Below are positions 1 to 10,644 of a stretch of 64,000 bases of DNA, piece by piece. The translations under genes and the position numbers were made by a program. This DNA comes from a virus, in IMG/VR virus record IMGVR_UViG_3300046694_000223, positions 1 through 64,000 of that record, one strand, 5' to 3'. Below the pieces are notes generated by a model that ran no database searches, was not told the origin of the DNA, and saw only the letters and a list, made by a program, of their open reading frames with translations. The stretch's first letter is position 1. Every line of letters starts with the position of its first letter.

Positions 1-80
1 TCTGAGCGACAATAAGCCCTTTACTAATATGTTCTTTAAAATAGGCGAATTTTAATTACATAATTTTTAAAAATAATTCT

Positions 81-111
81 AAGTCACTCCCCCTCTCAGA
101 GTGGCTTTTTT
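81..111 (+). terminator. Intrinsic terminator upstream of the tape measure gene
   Basis: aagtcactc-loop-gagtggctt followed by a T run. Confidence 0.6.
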
Positions 112-208
112 GTATGGTTTTTAATAACTAAATATATCCGTATTTAAGAAGCATTCATTTGAATCGCTTCTTTTTTGTTTGCCCATAAAGTAAGTAAAAG
201 GAAGTGAT

Positions 209-3200
209 TTGAATATAATGGCTGATAATATGAAGATATTGATAAGTGCTGCACTCGATTTAAGCCGCGCAGAAAAAGATATCAATAAGTCGATTGAACA
301 ACTGAGCAAGCATCCTTCTCTTCAAAAGTTGAAGTTGAATATAACTATTAATGATGATTTTATTAAGAACCTCTCCTCATTCTCGAAGAACCTTAATCTA
401 ATTACATCACAAATTAATCAGCAGAGTTCAGCTAACAATACTCTTAATAATGGATTAAACAGTACTACAAAAAGCATTAACGAACAAATTAAGGTAACAA
501 ATGAAGCTATTGCTGCTGAAAAAAAATGGCAGATTGAACGCGAGAAAACAAATAGTAAAGGAATTAAAACCACTACATATGGAAGCACAGAAACAAATGC
601 AAAACAGGTAGTTACCACCCTTCCTGATGGCTCCATTAAGAATATAGATAATATACAGAATCAAATAAAAGATGCAAAAGAACTTCAGTCTTTAATTAAC
701 AAAATGGCTGAGGGTAGAATTGCCTCTGAATCAAGAGTTCGCGACTTTCAGCGACAATGGAATCAAAATCAATTAAATGAAATTACAAAAAACTCTAAAG
801 CAGAATTGGCATTAGCTGAACAAATGGCTCAAGGAAGAATTGCTGCTGAATCTAAGACTAGAGATTTTGAGCGTCAATGGAATGAGAGTCAACAAAGAGC
901 AATCCAAAATAACGCCGATCTTGAAAGAGCCGAGATAGCTCGTACTCAACAAACAAGAAAGGCATACGAAGATTGGTATTTAAAAGCCATTCGTGAAAGA
1001 GAAATTCAAGATGCTAAGACTTACACAAATTTAAACAGTAAATTATCTACAAGCAAAACAACCGCTGTTACTGGCGTTGAGAACACAAAAGCTCTAGATT
1101 TACTTAATCGTAAATATGATGAGGTTGCGCAAAGAATTGCAATGATTCAATCATCTGGTCGGCAACTTACGGATAGTGAATTGAATGGTATCAATCGTAG
1201 AATAAAGGCTTTAAATGATCTTGCCTCTAGACAAATGAAGGCTGAACAAGAACTGATAACGATTCAAGCCAAAGCTGAACAAAAAGTGACAAGTCTAAGT
1301 AGCGCTTATTCTAAAATTGACACCACAAAGCTAAATTTGTTGTTAACTCAATTGAAAAATCTAACTACTTCAACTGAGAATTACAAGGGTAAAGCCGCTC
1401 AATTAGTTGCCGAAATACGTCAAATTGGTGACGAAGCTAAAGCGACATCTGGACACACTCGCACATTTGGAGATAGTTTAAAATCTGCAATGTCAAATAT
1501 CCTACTCTACTCTGGTGTGGGAAGTGTGTTCTTTGGAATAACTAGTGCGCTAAAAGAAATGACGCGAACAATTATCGATGTTGACAGTCAAATTACTCAA
1601 TTAAAGCGAGTAATGGATGAGGATACAGATTTTGAACAAATGTTGTCTAACAGTATTGAACTGGCAAACTCCTTGGGACGTTCAATTTCTGAAGTCAACC
1701 AGAATATGATCGGCTTCGCCAGAATGGGTTTTGACGAATCACAAACAACTGCCTTGGCTAAAACAGCCACACTATTCCAAAACATCTCAGATCTAACTCC
1801 AGACGAGGCGGTAGACACTCTAACATCTGCAATGACCGTCTTTAATATTGAAGCTGGGAAAAGTATAGAAGTAGCAAATAAAATTAATGAAGTAGATAAC
1901 AACTTCGCCGTCAGTTCACAGAACCTAGCCCTCGGAATTACAAAGGCAGGTGCCACTGCAAAGACTTTTGGTGTAACAATGGAAGAACTAATTGGGAATA
2001 TCACCTCCATTAGCACTGCAACGCGTGAAAGTGGTTCGATCGTAGGTAACTCACTAAAAACTATTTACTCACGTTTAACCACTATGCCTAAGTCTGAATC
2101 ACTCCTTAAGGCGGCCGGAGTCGAAATGAGAGATTTAAGCGGTGAGGTAAAAGATGCTTATCCACTCCTTAATGAATTGGCGGCAAACTGGAACAATCTC
2201 AGCCAGGAGGTTCAGCAGTCAACGGCCGTAGGACTGGCAGGTCGCCAGCAACTATCCCGTTTTTTGGCTATGATGCAAAATTGGCAGATATCTCTAAACG
2301 CAACAGAAACAGCATTGCACTCTCAGGGTTCGGCCGTTTCAGAAAACGAAAAGTATATGCAATCCTTGGAAGCTAGAATTCAAAAGATGAAGACAGCCTG
2401 GGACACTCTCTCCCTCTCTGTTGGTAACTCTCTCATTTCTGATTCAATCGTTGTCCTCACTTCCCTTATGTCTGGTTTGGGTAGCGCACTAACGAAAACA
2501 GTTGATACATTTGGCGCTCTTCCTGTAATTTTTGGGGTTATTGCTTCCGGTGTATATCTTCTCAATGCTTCGTTTAAAGCATTCATCATTAATCTATTTG
2601 GTATAACCACTTCTGCTTCTGCTGCATCTGGAGCGCTCAGTAGGATGGCTGTAGTTCTTGGTGCAGTTAAAATTGGCCTTAGAGCTTTGCTGGTCAGTAG
2701 TTTAGTTGGAGTTGCATTTGCTGGATTAGGGTTTATACTCGAAAAAGTCATTGGTCATTTCTCTAATGCTTCTGAAGTTATAGATGATACAGGGACCAGC
2801 TTAGATAAACTTAAAGATAAAACCGGGAGTTTAAAAGAACTACAAGAACTATCTAGTGAATACGTTAATCTAACCAGAAAAATGACTTTAAACACTGAAG
2901 AGAAGATAAGATTAGCAAGTGTAGAATCTGATCTAGCAACCAAACATAATATTACCATGAGTACGGTTAAAGATCAGACAATGGCGGTCAAAGAAAATAC
3001 GTTTGCTATCGGAGACAGAATTAAAGCGCTCAAAGAAGAGGCGGCAATTGAACAACAAAAGGCATTAGATGAATATAAGGCCAACAAAACAGCAATTAAT
3101 TCTGAGATTGAGAGACAACAGGCAAAAAAGAATTCTACACAAGCCGAAATTGATTCTTTATCTAAAATGCAAGAACAACTTGAGACTAGCATCGCAAACA

Positions 3201-6200
3201 AACAGACAATTAAAAATGATCAGGGACAGCTTGGTAAATTTGCTCCTTACCAACTTGAAGTCAACCCTTCTGATTATGATACTTCTGGGTTGGATATCAT
3301 TTCAGAATCAATAGCACAGGCTATTCTTGATGCAAAAGACAAGTTTGATGCCGCTGGAACCGAGTTTGACAAAGCAGTAAGCAAACGTGAACAAGCGTTT
3401 AAGGCTCAATTTAGTGCTTATGCTGATACTGTTGAAGCTGGTGGCACAGAGGTCAAGGCATCCACAAGAGTCTTAGCTGATGGATTCGCCTCTATCATGG
3501 CAACCGCTAAAACTGATGATTTGGATATACTTGCAAAATATAAAAATGAAGTTTTCAGTATTTTCCAGAATACAAAAGTAGATAGTATGGATGATGCAGT
3601 AGCTTCACTTGAAAAATTTGCTGGATCTGCGAAATTAACAAAAGATCAATTCAACATTCTTCAGACTGCGATTAGCCAGTTAAATTTCCAAGGGGTTAAC
3701 GATGGGGCTGATGGCGCAGCCGATTCTTTGGGTGGCACTGAAGACAAGATATTATCTTTATCTGAAGCAATGGTTATTCTGGACGATGCCATTGACGGCT
3801 CAACCTCTCAAATGGATGCCTTTAGTAAATCTGTTGCTAATGGTAAAAACGAAATTAATCTCATCAATACCGCGCAAGGAGAATTGGCTGATAAGGGATA
3901 TTTATCTGTTGAGACTTTAGCCAAATTAACTGAAACTTTTGGTGACTTCACTAGCGTTGTTGGTTTAGGCAAAGACGCTATTGTAGCATATATGAGAAAA
4001 AAGGAACAAGAACGAGTTTCCTCAATTAATTCTGAAATTGATAAGACTAAGAATCTCATTAAAAATGCTACAGATAGAATTGCAACAATGGAAGCCGAAA
4101 TGAGAGCTATTGATAAGCTCAGAAATGCTTATGGAGCTTTGGTCAACAGTGGAGAAATGACTGATCTTGAAGCTGAACGAAGATTGGGAACTATCGCCAA
4201 AGATAAAAGTGATTCAATTGGGTTGACTGCCGAAAAACAGACCTTGGCTGGCCTTCAGGCAAAACTTGGATTGTTGAATTATATTTCGGCTGATTACACT
4301 GCTACGGCGGCTGAAACTGGATCATCAAAAGATAAAGAAAAATCATCAAAAGACAAAACTAAGTCAGAAAAAGATAAAGACTTGGCGGAGTTTAAGGATG
4401 CTACCGAACAGCGTATTAATGCCATAAACGCCGAAGCAGATGCTCAATCTAAACTTAATGCTCTGTACAAGGAAAAGTCATCTGGATATGAGTCAGATAG
4501 AAATTATCCTGCCGCCATTGAACAAACAACCAATCTACTTAAAGGACAAAAGTTAGAGACCACAAAACTTCAACAAGCCAATACGAAACTAATTGCGGCC
4601 AGAGATGAAGTTCAAGCCAAATCAAAGCAATACAATATGATTTCATGGATAGATGCTAATGGAGAAGCCTCCACTTCATTTACTAACCTATATAACTCCA
4701 TGAAATCTAAAACGGCACAAGAAGCGCTGCAAAAACAGTTTGATCAGTTTCAGATGTACACAAAAGCCATCAGAGAAAATAAGACAGCCATAACTGAAAA
4801 CATTGCAGCGCAGAAGGAATCACAAAAAACATTAGATAGTCAGAGACTTGAGAATACAAATGTATGGCTTGATAAGATGAGTAAGTCATATGAGAAGATT
4901 CAAGATAAAGTCGATGATTCCAAAGATGTACAAAGTCTACTTAATGAAGAATCTGCTAACTATCGCAGTGAACTTAAGAAGCAGATTGACTTATACAAGG
5001 AAAAGTTGGCAGCTGTTGAAAAAGATACTGAATCCATTAAGGCTAGAATTAAGCAGAGTGAAAATGCGAAGACAGCGGACAAATTAACCACAGAGCAATT
5101 AGAAGCCCTAAACGCACAATTAAAGGCTAATAATGATACTTGGTATGATACATCCCTTGCAATCAGAGAGGCGACTAGGGCGGCAATCGACTTCTCCTCC
5201 AAAGCCCTCTCTTCCCTATTTGACACTCTCAAATCTTCAATTGGTCCTGACTCTCTTCTCGATCTATCTGAATTTTCTGATTCAATCGATTCCATAATAG
5301 CCACTCTAGATGAAGCAGATAAAAAGTATCTCACCAATGTTTCATTTGTAGATACCGCCTCTTCCACTCGTTCCGACTTATCTGATTATGCTTCCAAGGT
5401 AAAAGATATTGCAGCTCAAGTCAAATCTGCTCTCAATTACTATCAAGACATGGATAACGTCTCATTTAGTAATCTTTCTTCTCTCTCTGCTCAAATTAAC
5501 TCTCAAGTTGCTCTCATCTCTTCTCTCAAAACTAAACTTGATGAGATCAACAACACGGTTCGTGACACTGAACTTCGTTACTCCAAGGAGGAAGCTGCAC
5601 TATCTGAACTTATTAAAACTCGTGAGAAATATTACGATTCTCAAATCGAAGCACAACAGACTGTTCTTGATAACTTAGATGATCAGATTGAAAAAGAAGA
5701 TCGTTTAAAAGAACTTCAGGATATCAATGACGAGTTGAATAAAGTTAAGAATGATAAGCGCTTTGAGTATGTTACAGAGTCTGGTGAACTAATCCTTACC
5801 TATGATAAAGCCAGAGTAGATGAGTTAGAGAAGCAGAAAGATGATCTTGTCAAGCAGTATGAACGTGAAGATGTAAAATCTGCTATCCAAGATGAAATTG
5901 ATCGTCTGCAAAAAGCTAAAGATTCTGAAGTTGAAATTCTAAATGAGAATCTGGAGAAGACCAAAGTAATCCATCAAGCTGATCTAGAAGCGCTGAAATT
6001 GTATCAGTCTTCTCTCTCCTCTCTCTATGATCAAACTGTTACAGATACTCAGAATAAACTTGATCAGTTCCAAGCAGCAATTCAACAAGGTTTAGAGGAT
6101 GGTACGATTACTGCTGCTCAAGCTACTTCTCTTCTCGAAGGTGTGGTAAATAACTGGCAAAACTTATCTTTGAGTAATTGGGATACTTATATTAATCAAG

Positions 6201-6772
6201 TCATCTCTAAACTTGAGAAGTTAAAGCAACTATATGCAGAAATGGCTAATGCTGCGAATGCCGCAATGTCACAATCCTCCTCTTCATCTTCGTCTTCTTC
6301 CAATGTAGATCCAAATAGTCCTAACTATTATGTTCTATCCCCAGAAGAAATTGCCAAAATGCAAGCAGAACAAGATAAAGTTATCTCAACTCCAGTCATG
6401 GAGCAAATGCAGGAAGCAGTTAAGGGTAAGCATTGGGATGGTCATCAATGGGTTTATCACACAGGAGGCACAGCAGGGAAAGAACCTCTTAAATCGAATG
6501 AGGTTCCAGCGATTCTTGAAGATGGGGAACTCGTGTTGACAAAGAATCATCAAGATATTCTCAAAAATATGTTCTCTCGTTCTAGAGATATTGTTGGCTC
6601 TGTTATGAGCAATCTTTCTGGAGCAATGTCTGGTATATCATTTAATAAGTCCACTACTGCTGTTGCTGGTGGACCTAGTTATACATTTACTGGTCCAATT
6701 ACAGTCAAGGCAGACAATCCAACCGAATTCTTTACTGGGTTGGAGCATCTTATCACAAGTCAAAGAAGATAA
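209..6772 (+). CDS. Phage tail tape measure protein (TP901/PhageMin_Tail-type core)
   Basis: 2187 aa, helical/coiled-coil. Core segment LKRVMD...NEVDNNFAVSS...TRESGSIVGNSLKTIYSRL, central hydrophobic TM stretch, C-terminal HTGG...EVPAILEDGELVL. RBS aaaggaag before TTG. Confidence 0.92.
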   Translation: MNIMADNMKILISAALDLSRAEKDINKSIEQLSKHPSLQKLKLNITINDDFIKNLSSFSKNLNLITSQINQQSSANNTLNNGLNSTTKSINEQIKVTNEAIAAEKKWQIEREKTNSKGIKTTTYGSTETNAKQVVTTLPDGSIKNIDNIQNQIKDAKELQSLINKMAEGRIASESRVRDFQRQWNQNQLNEITKNSKAELALAEQMAQGRIAAESKTRDFERQWNESQQRAIQNNADLERAEIARTQQTRKAYEDWYLKAIREREIQDAKTYTNLNSKLSTSKTTAVTGVENTKALDLLNRKYDEVAQRIAMIQSSGRQLTDSELNGINRRIKALNDLASRQMKAEQELITIQAKAEQKVTSLSSAYSKIDTTKLNLLLTQLKNLTTSTENYKGKAAQLVAEIRQIGDEAKATSGHTRTFGDSLKSAMSNILLYSGVGSVFFGITSALKEMTRTIIDVDSQITQLKRVMDEDTDFEQMLSNSIELANSLGRSISEVNQNMIGFARMGFDESQTTALAKTATLFQNISDLTPDEAVDTLTSAMTVFNIEAGKSIEVANKINEVDNNFAVSSQNLALGITKAGATAKTFGVTMEELIGNITSISTATRESGSIVGNSLKTIYSRLTTMPKSESLLKAAGVEMRDLSGEVKDAYPLLNELAANWNNLSQEVQQSTAVGLAGRQQLSRFLAMMQNWQISLNATETALHSQGSAVSENEKYMQSLEARIQKMKTAWDTLSLSVGNSLISDSIVVLTSLMSGLGSALTKTVDTFGALPVIFGVIASGVYLLNASFKAFIINLFGITTSASAASGALSRMAVVLGAVKIGLRALLVSSLVGVAFAGLGFILEKVIGHFSNASEVIDDTGTSLDKLKDKTGSLKELQELSSEYVNLTRKMTLNTEEKIRLASVESDLATKHNITMSTVKDQTMAVKENTFAIGDRIKALKEEAAIEQQKALDEYKANKTAINSEIERQQAKKNSTQAEIDSLSKMQEQLETSIANKQTIKNDQGQLGKFAPYQLEVNPSDYDTSGLDIISESIAQAILDAKDKFDAAGTEFDKAVSKREQAFKAQFSAYADTVEAGGTEVKASTRVLADGFASIMATAKTDDLDILAKYKNEVFSIFQNTKVDSMDDAVASLEKFAGSAKLTKDQFNILQTAISQLNFQGVNDGADGAADSLGGTEDKILSLSEAMVILDDAIDGSTSQMDAFSKSVANGKNEINLINTAQGELADKGYLSVETLAKLTETFGDFTSVVGLGKDAIVAYMRKKEQERVSSINSEIDKTKNLIKNATDRIATMEAEMRAIDKLRNAYGALVNSGEMTDLEAERRLGTIAKDKSDSIGLTAEKQTLAGLQAKLGLLNYISADYTATAAETGSSKDKEKSSKDKTKSEKDKDLAEFKDATEQRINAINAEADAQSKLNALYKEKSSGYESDRNYPAAIEQTTNLLKGQKLETTKLQQANTKLIAARDEVQAKSKQYNMISWIDANGEASTSFTNLYNSMKSKTAQEALQKQFDQFQMYTKAIRENKTAITENIAAQKESQKTLDSQRLENTNVWLDKMSKSYEKIQDKVDDSKDVQSLLNEESANYRSELKKQIDLYKEKLAAVEKDTESIKARIKQSENAKTADKLTTEQLEALNAQLKANNDTWYDTSLAIREATRAAIDFSSKALSSLFDTLKSSIGPDSLLDLSEFSDSIDSIIATLDEADKKYLTNVSFVDTASSTRSDLSDYASKVKDIAAQVKSALNYYQDMDNVSFSNLSSLSAQINSQVALISSLKTKLDEINNTVRDTELRYSKEEAALSELIKTREKYYDSQIEAQQTVLDNLDDQIEKEDRLKELQDINDELNKVKNDKRFEYVTESGELILTYDKARVDELEKQKDDLVKQYEREDVKSAIQDEIDRLQKAKDSEVEILNENLEKTKVIHQADLEALKLYQSSLSSLYDQTVTDTQNKLDQFQAAIQQGLEDGTITAAQATSLLEGVVNNWQNLSLSNWDTYINQVISKLEKLKQLYAEMANAANAAMSQSSSSSSSSSNVDPNSPNYYVLSPEEIAKMQAEQDKVISTPVMEQMQEAVKGKHWDGHQWVYHTGGTAGKEPLKSNEVPAILEDGELVLTKNHQDILKNMFSRSRDIVGSVMSNLSGAMSGISFNKSTTAVAGGPSYTFTGPITVKADNPTEFFTGLEHLITSQRR

Positions 6773-6781
6773 TTAAAACCT

Positions 6782-6822
6782 ATTAAGACGACATTAATCT
6801 CATAATGTGATGTCGTCTTAAT
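6782..6822. other. Perfect 13-bp inverted repeat (RNA hairpin, no U-tract)
   Basis: attaagacgacat-N15-atgtcgtcttaat between the TMP stop and the next RBS. Confidence 0.7.
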
Positions 6823-6823
6823 T

Positions 6824-8104
6824 ATGGAGGTGATTCAAATCATACAAAAACCATATAGTCTTTCCCTCAAAGGCTTAACTATTGATGCGGCTGAAGTAAA
6901 CGTAGTTACATGGAAAATATCGGGAGATGTCCAGTACTCATATGCTCTAACGATAAAAAATAATACAACTGATGCTACTGTTTACACCGTCTCGAAAACA
7001 TCATCATATTCATCATCGCATTCTATTCCTGCAAGCACTTTATCAAATAATAACCAATATAAGATATCGATTCAAGTATGGAGTAGCGGAGATAGTTCTA
7101 CTGCAACATCTGACTATGAAGTGTTTGTGGCATCGGCTAGACCTGTTATCGCATTGAGTAGCACCCCGACTGTAGCCAGTTCCTCATATACATTTTCAGC
7201 AACATATTTTCAAGCTCAATCTATAGCTATTAAATCTTGGATTGCCTATTTGTATAACGATGGCTCCGCTCTCATTTCCCAATCCGGGATACAATCAACT
7301 CCCCCATTGAGTTACACTGTGGACAATCTATCTAGTGGTTCATCGTACTTCATTGAGTTTCAGGCCACAAGCAACAATAGTCTAACAGGCACTTCAGGCA
7401 AAATTCCATTTAGTACGTTCTACTCTACTCCTAACCTCAATGTCAACCTAACCATTGAAAGTGTTGATCCGGCAGGAATGCAACTATCTTGGGACGTTAC
7501 TCAAATTATTGGTGAATCCAACAATCCTATTTATATATCTGGAGAAGAACTTGATACAAGGACAAATGACAAGGCGTGGTTTGATACTGGGTACTCTGTA
7601 GAAAGCGATTTTACATTAAAGTCCTGGTTTAGAGGTCTTACTAACAATCATATATCTGACGATGGGCAGATTATTAGATCTGCATCTACTCCAACAAATA
7701 TTAATGCTTTATGGTTACCAGATACCCTACAAACAACTCCCATCAACATACAAATGTCTGTACGGAATATCGCCCCAACAAACAATAAAAATCTTTGGAT
7801 TCAAGATTCTACTCAAACAACCGAAAAACTTCTCAGCTTATACATTGGCGACACAGAACCCAACTCATCTTTTGTTTGGATTAACCAAGAATCATTCATT
7901 TCAAATTCTAAAATTCTAAATCTGGTCGGTGATGATGGTCGACTAGCTCTTGAATACTATAGCGGAAAGTTTTATTTATCATCATATGACCTATCAAATG
8001 TTAAAACACCAATAACATCGGTATCTGCCACTGGCAATAGTTTTTATGTTTATATTCAACAAATAGGAGATACATATACTCTTGGGGTAACAGTCGCATC
8101 ATAA
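6824..8104 (+). CDS. Tail/baseplate protein with Ig/Fn3-like beta domains
   Basis: Ser/Thr-rich beta-type sequence directly after TMP. True start may be a non-ATG codon near 6839-6842 after GGAGG. Confidence 0.65.
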   Translation: MEVIQIIQKPYSLSLKGLTIDAAEVNVVTWKISGDVQYSYALTIKNNTTDATVYTVSKTSSYSSSHSIPASTLSNNNQYKISIQVWSSGDSSTATSDYEVFVASARPVIALSSTPTVASSSYTFSATYFQAQSIAIKSWIAYLYNDGSALISQSGIQSTPPLSYTVDNLSSGSSYFIEFQATSNNSLTGTSGKIPFSTFYSTPNLNVNLTIESVDPAGMQLSWDVTQIIGESNNPIYISGEELDTRTNDKAWFDTGYSVESDFTLKSWFRGLTNNHISDDGQIIRSASTPTNINALWLPDTLQTTPINIQMSVRNIAPTNNKNLWIQDSTQTTEKLLSLYIGDTEPNSSFVWINQESFISNSKILNLVGDDGRLALEYYSGKFYLSSYDLSNVKTPITSVSATGNSFYVYIQQIGDTYTLGVTVAS

Positions 8105-8116
8105 GGAGGTGATTTT

Positions 8117-8923
8117 TTGAGTATAACAAATATTAACAATGTTGAAATATCCAATTGTATTATAGATGAATTACATGTTAGGTCTGCTGTCGATGGAACA
8201 GTCAACCTGACATCTAGTAAAGATGATTGGCAAATAGATACCTATTTTCTTGCTAAGTTTCAAGGTAATTTGGAGGCCGGGAATATTTCCAATGAAGGCT
8301 ATAAAATTGCTAAGTTTGTGATTAAGCGCAGAAAAGTAAATGAATTGAATTCGCTAACCATTGGTAATGTTGATTATATTGAAGGAGAAACATTTACATT
8401 CACAGATTACACTCAAGCTAATGATACATACATCTACGGAGTTTATCCTGTAGGAGAAAATGGTATTGAAGGTTCTCCAAATGAGATCGTAGGCATTTCT
8501 GATTTCACTGGATATTTCATTGTTGATAAAGATACCAATCAAGTATTGTCATTTGATAAAACAATGGACAGTGGCCCTATGGTTGATATGCAACTTAACC
8601 AAGGTAGATATTCCATTGAGACTTTTAGTAAATATCCATCTGTATATTATAACGAAACGCTTTATCACACCTTTACATTAAGTGCGGTTATGGTTCCAGA
8701 TGATTTAACTAAATCAGGGGATACATATTTGAATATTTTGAACAAGTTCATCATTGAACACAAACCTATGATTGTTAAATCGGGTAACGGTGAAGTATAT
8801 GTTTGTGATTTAAGCAATCTCAGAAAATCATCCCCTCTAAATACATGGAATGGGTATGATTATTTAGAGATTTCAATTGACTGTCAGGAAATTGATGATT
8901 ATGACACGTTTATTGAGAGTTGA
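8117..8923 (+). CDS. Distal tail/baseplate protein
   Basis: Position in tail operon; strong RBS aaggaggt; Fn3-like segment FTDYT...YIYGVYPV. Confidence 0.6.
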   Translation: MSITNINNVEISNCIIDELHVRSAVDGTVNLTSSKDDWQIDTYFLAKFQGNLEAGNISNEGYKIAKFVIKRRKVNELNSLTIGNVDYIEGETFTFTDYTQANDTYIYGVYPVGENGIEGSPNEIVGISDFTGYFIVDKDTNQVLSFDKTMDSGPMVDMQLNQGRYSIETFSKYPSVYYNETLYHTFTLSAVMVPDDLTKSGDTYLNILNKFIIEHKPMIVKSGNGEVYVCDLSNLRKSSPLNTWNGYDYLEISIDCQEIDDYDTFIES

Positions 8924-8932
8924 GGTGAGAAT

Positions 8933-10114
8933 GTGGCGATAATGTGCAGTGATGATTTTTTAAAAGCAATGAAGGCATCAGTTAAATTCGTATTCATAAA
9001 AATAGAAATCTATGACAGCCAGATGAACTTTATTAAAGAGTTAACGAAAGACGTAACAAGAGAAGATATTGGATCGATATCTGTTGATGCAAGCCGTCCT
9101 ATTCGTAGAAGCTTTTCATTTTCTTTGAAGAATTTAAACAATGAATATGATTGGTCTGACTCCTCTCTTTTCTGGCTAGATAAAAGAATTAAGTTATTTA
9201 TCGGTTTGAAGTTACCAAATGGAACAATTGAATACATCCCCCAAGGCGTTTTTATCCTTACAGAACCATCAGACAGCCATACCCTTGATGGAAAAATTGC
9301 AACTATTCAAGGCCAGGATAAGGCTTATATGTTGACTGATCGTAGAGGGAAGTTTATCAATACTACTACAATTGAAACTGGAGCGAATATTGCTCAAGCC
9401 ATTAAAACAATTGCTGGTGGCGCTGGAGAAACGCTATTTAACTTTGACACAGTTACAGAAACAGTACCTTATCAGTTAGTGTATGAGGCTGGAACTAGCC
9501 GATGGGAAGCTATATCTGAACTAGCCATACTTGCAAAGTGTACAATTTATTATGATGTATATGGATATCTGCGTTTAAGAAATATTGATCTAAATGAATT
9601 CAGTACATTTCCTACTGTGTGGAGTTTTAATTACGATCAAAAAGACAGATTCTATGCAGGGAATACTAGAAAGTTAGAAGATACAATCTGCAATAGAATT
9701 ATCGTTCTTGGTGGCTCCGGGCAAACAGCAACTCAAAGATATGAACTTGTAATAACAGATTCAGATTCTCGTTGGACTGGAAGTCCATATACAATAGAAA
9801 AAATAGGTGACATCTTATATTACCACAATGATGGAAATCCAGATCCTCTACTTGGCGGAACCGACAATGGGCCTGTGTTTTGGAGAGCTAAATATGAAAT
9901 GATGAAGAGGCTATCATTCACTGAACGTTTATCGCTGTCTAGTGCTCCACTCTATATATTAGATGCTAATGATATTGTGGGCGTTGAAGATTCCAGTAAT
10001 TCAGTAACCGGAAAATACCTAATAGAATCCTTCTCTCTCCCCATTACCCCTCAATTAATGGATTTTGACTGCATTAAATATAATAAAGTTTTGAATGATT
10101 GGGACTTTGTTTAA
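8933..10114 (+). CDS. Baseplate hub/Tal-like tail protein
   Basis: GSISVDASRPIRRS, YIPQGVF and YYDVYGYL motifs typical of siphophage hub proteins; position. Confidence 0.65.
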   Translation: MAIMCSDDFLKAMKASVKFVFIKIEIYDSQMNFIKELTKDVTREDIGSISVDASRPIRRSFSFSLKNLNNEYDWSDSSLFWLDKRIKLFIGLKLPNGTIEYIPQGVFILTEPSDSHTLDGKIATIQGQDKAYMLTDRRGKFINTTTIETGANIAQAIKTIAGGAGETLFNFDTVTETVPYQLVYEAGTSRWEAISELAILAKCTIYYDVYGYLRLRNIDLNEFSTFPTVWSFNYDQKDRFYAGNTRKLEDTICNRIIVLGGSGQTATQRYELVITDSDSRWTGSPYTIEKIGDILYYHNDGNPDPLLGGTDNGPVFWRAKYEMMKRLSFTERLSLSSAPLYILDANDIVGVEDSSNSVTGKYLIESFSLPITPQLMDFDCIKYNKVLNDWDFV

Positions 10115-10127
10115 AGGCTGTGAAAAA

Positions 10128-10631
10128 ATGAGTGACAAAGAAATACTTCTAGAACTAATAAAATCTGTTGTAAATATGGAATTAAATAATAGAAATCTTA
10201 TCGGTGGAGATTACCATGTAGGAACTGTCGAGTCAGTTATCTCAAGATATGCAGTAAAGGTATATTTAAATGGTATAACAGATACCTCATATAGTGTTCC
10301 TTGCAATCCAAATATTATATTTGTTGCCGGAGATGAGGTTTGGGTACATTACGTAAATGGTGATCCCAATAATAAATTCATTCCATATAAAAGAGCAACA
10401 GGAACTGAAGCTTATGACTCAGGAGGTGGAGATTATGAAACATACACTCATAATCAAATATCTCCATCGGCAACGTGGAATATAGTCCATAATTTAAGCA
10501 GATATCCAAACGTCAGTATTGTTGATAGTGGAGGAAATTTGCTAACGGGCGATGTGCAATATACATCACCAGATACAATCAAATTATCATTCACTGCTGC
10601 ATTTTCAGGAAAAGCATATGTAGGACAATAG
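10128..10631 (+). CDS. Tail-tip protein (OB-fold spike-like N-terminus, W-x-I-x-HNL C-terminal module)
   Basis: VGTVESV...AGDEVWV; WNIVHNLSRYPNVSIVD. Confidence 0.55.
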   Translation: MSDKEILLELIKSVVNMELNNRNLIGGDYHVGTVESVISRYAVKVYLNGITDTSYSVPCNPNIIFVAGDEVWVHYVNGDPNNKFIPYKRATGTEAYDSGGGDYETYTHNQISPSATWNIVHNLSRYPNVSIVDSGGNLLTGDVQYTSPDTIKLSFTAAFSGKAYVGQ

Positions 10632-10644
10632 TAAATATATATCG

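Noticed and set aside
36-55. ttaaaat-aggcga-attttaa as a copy of the boundary palindrome
   Set aside because: The arm register would require an 8-bp core. The similarly imperfect candidate at 61092 was also left out.
703-890. 40-aa duplicated segment in the TMP N-terminus (MAxGRIAxESxxRDFxRQWN)
   Set aside because: Internal repeats are routine in tape measure proteins.
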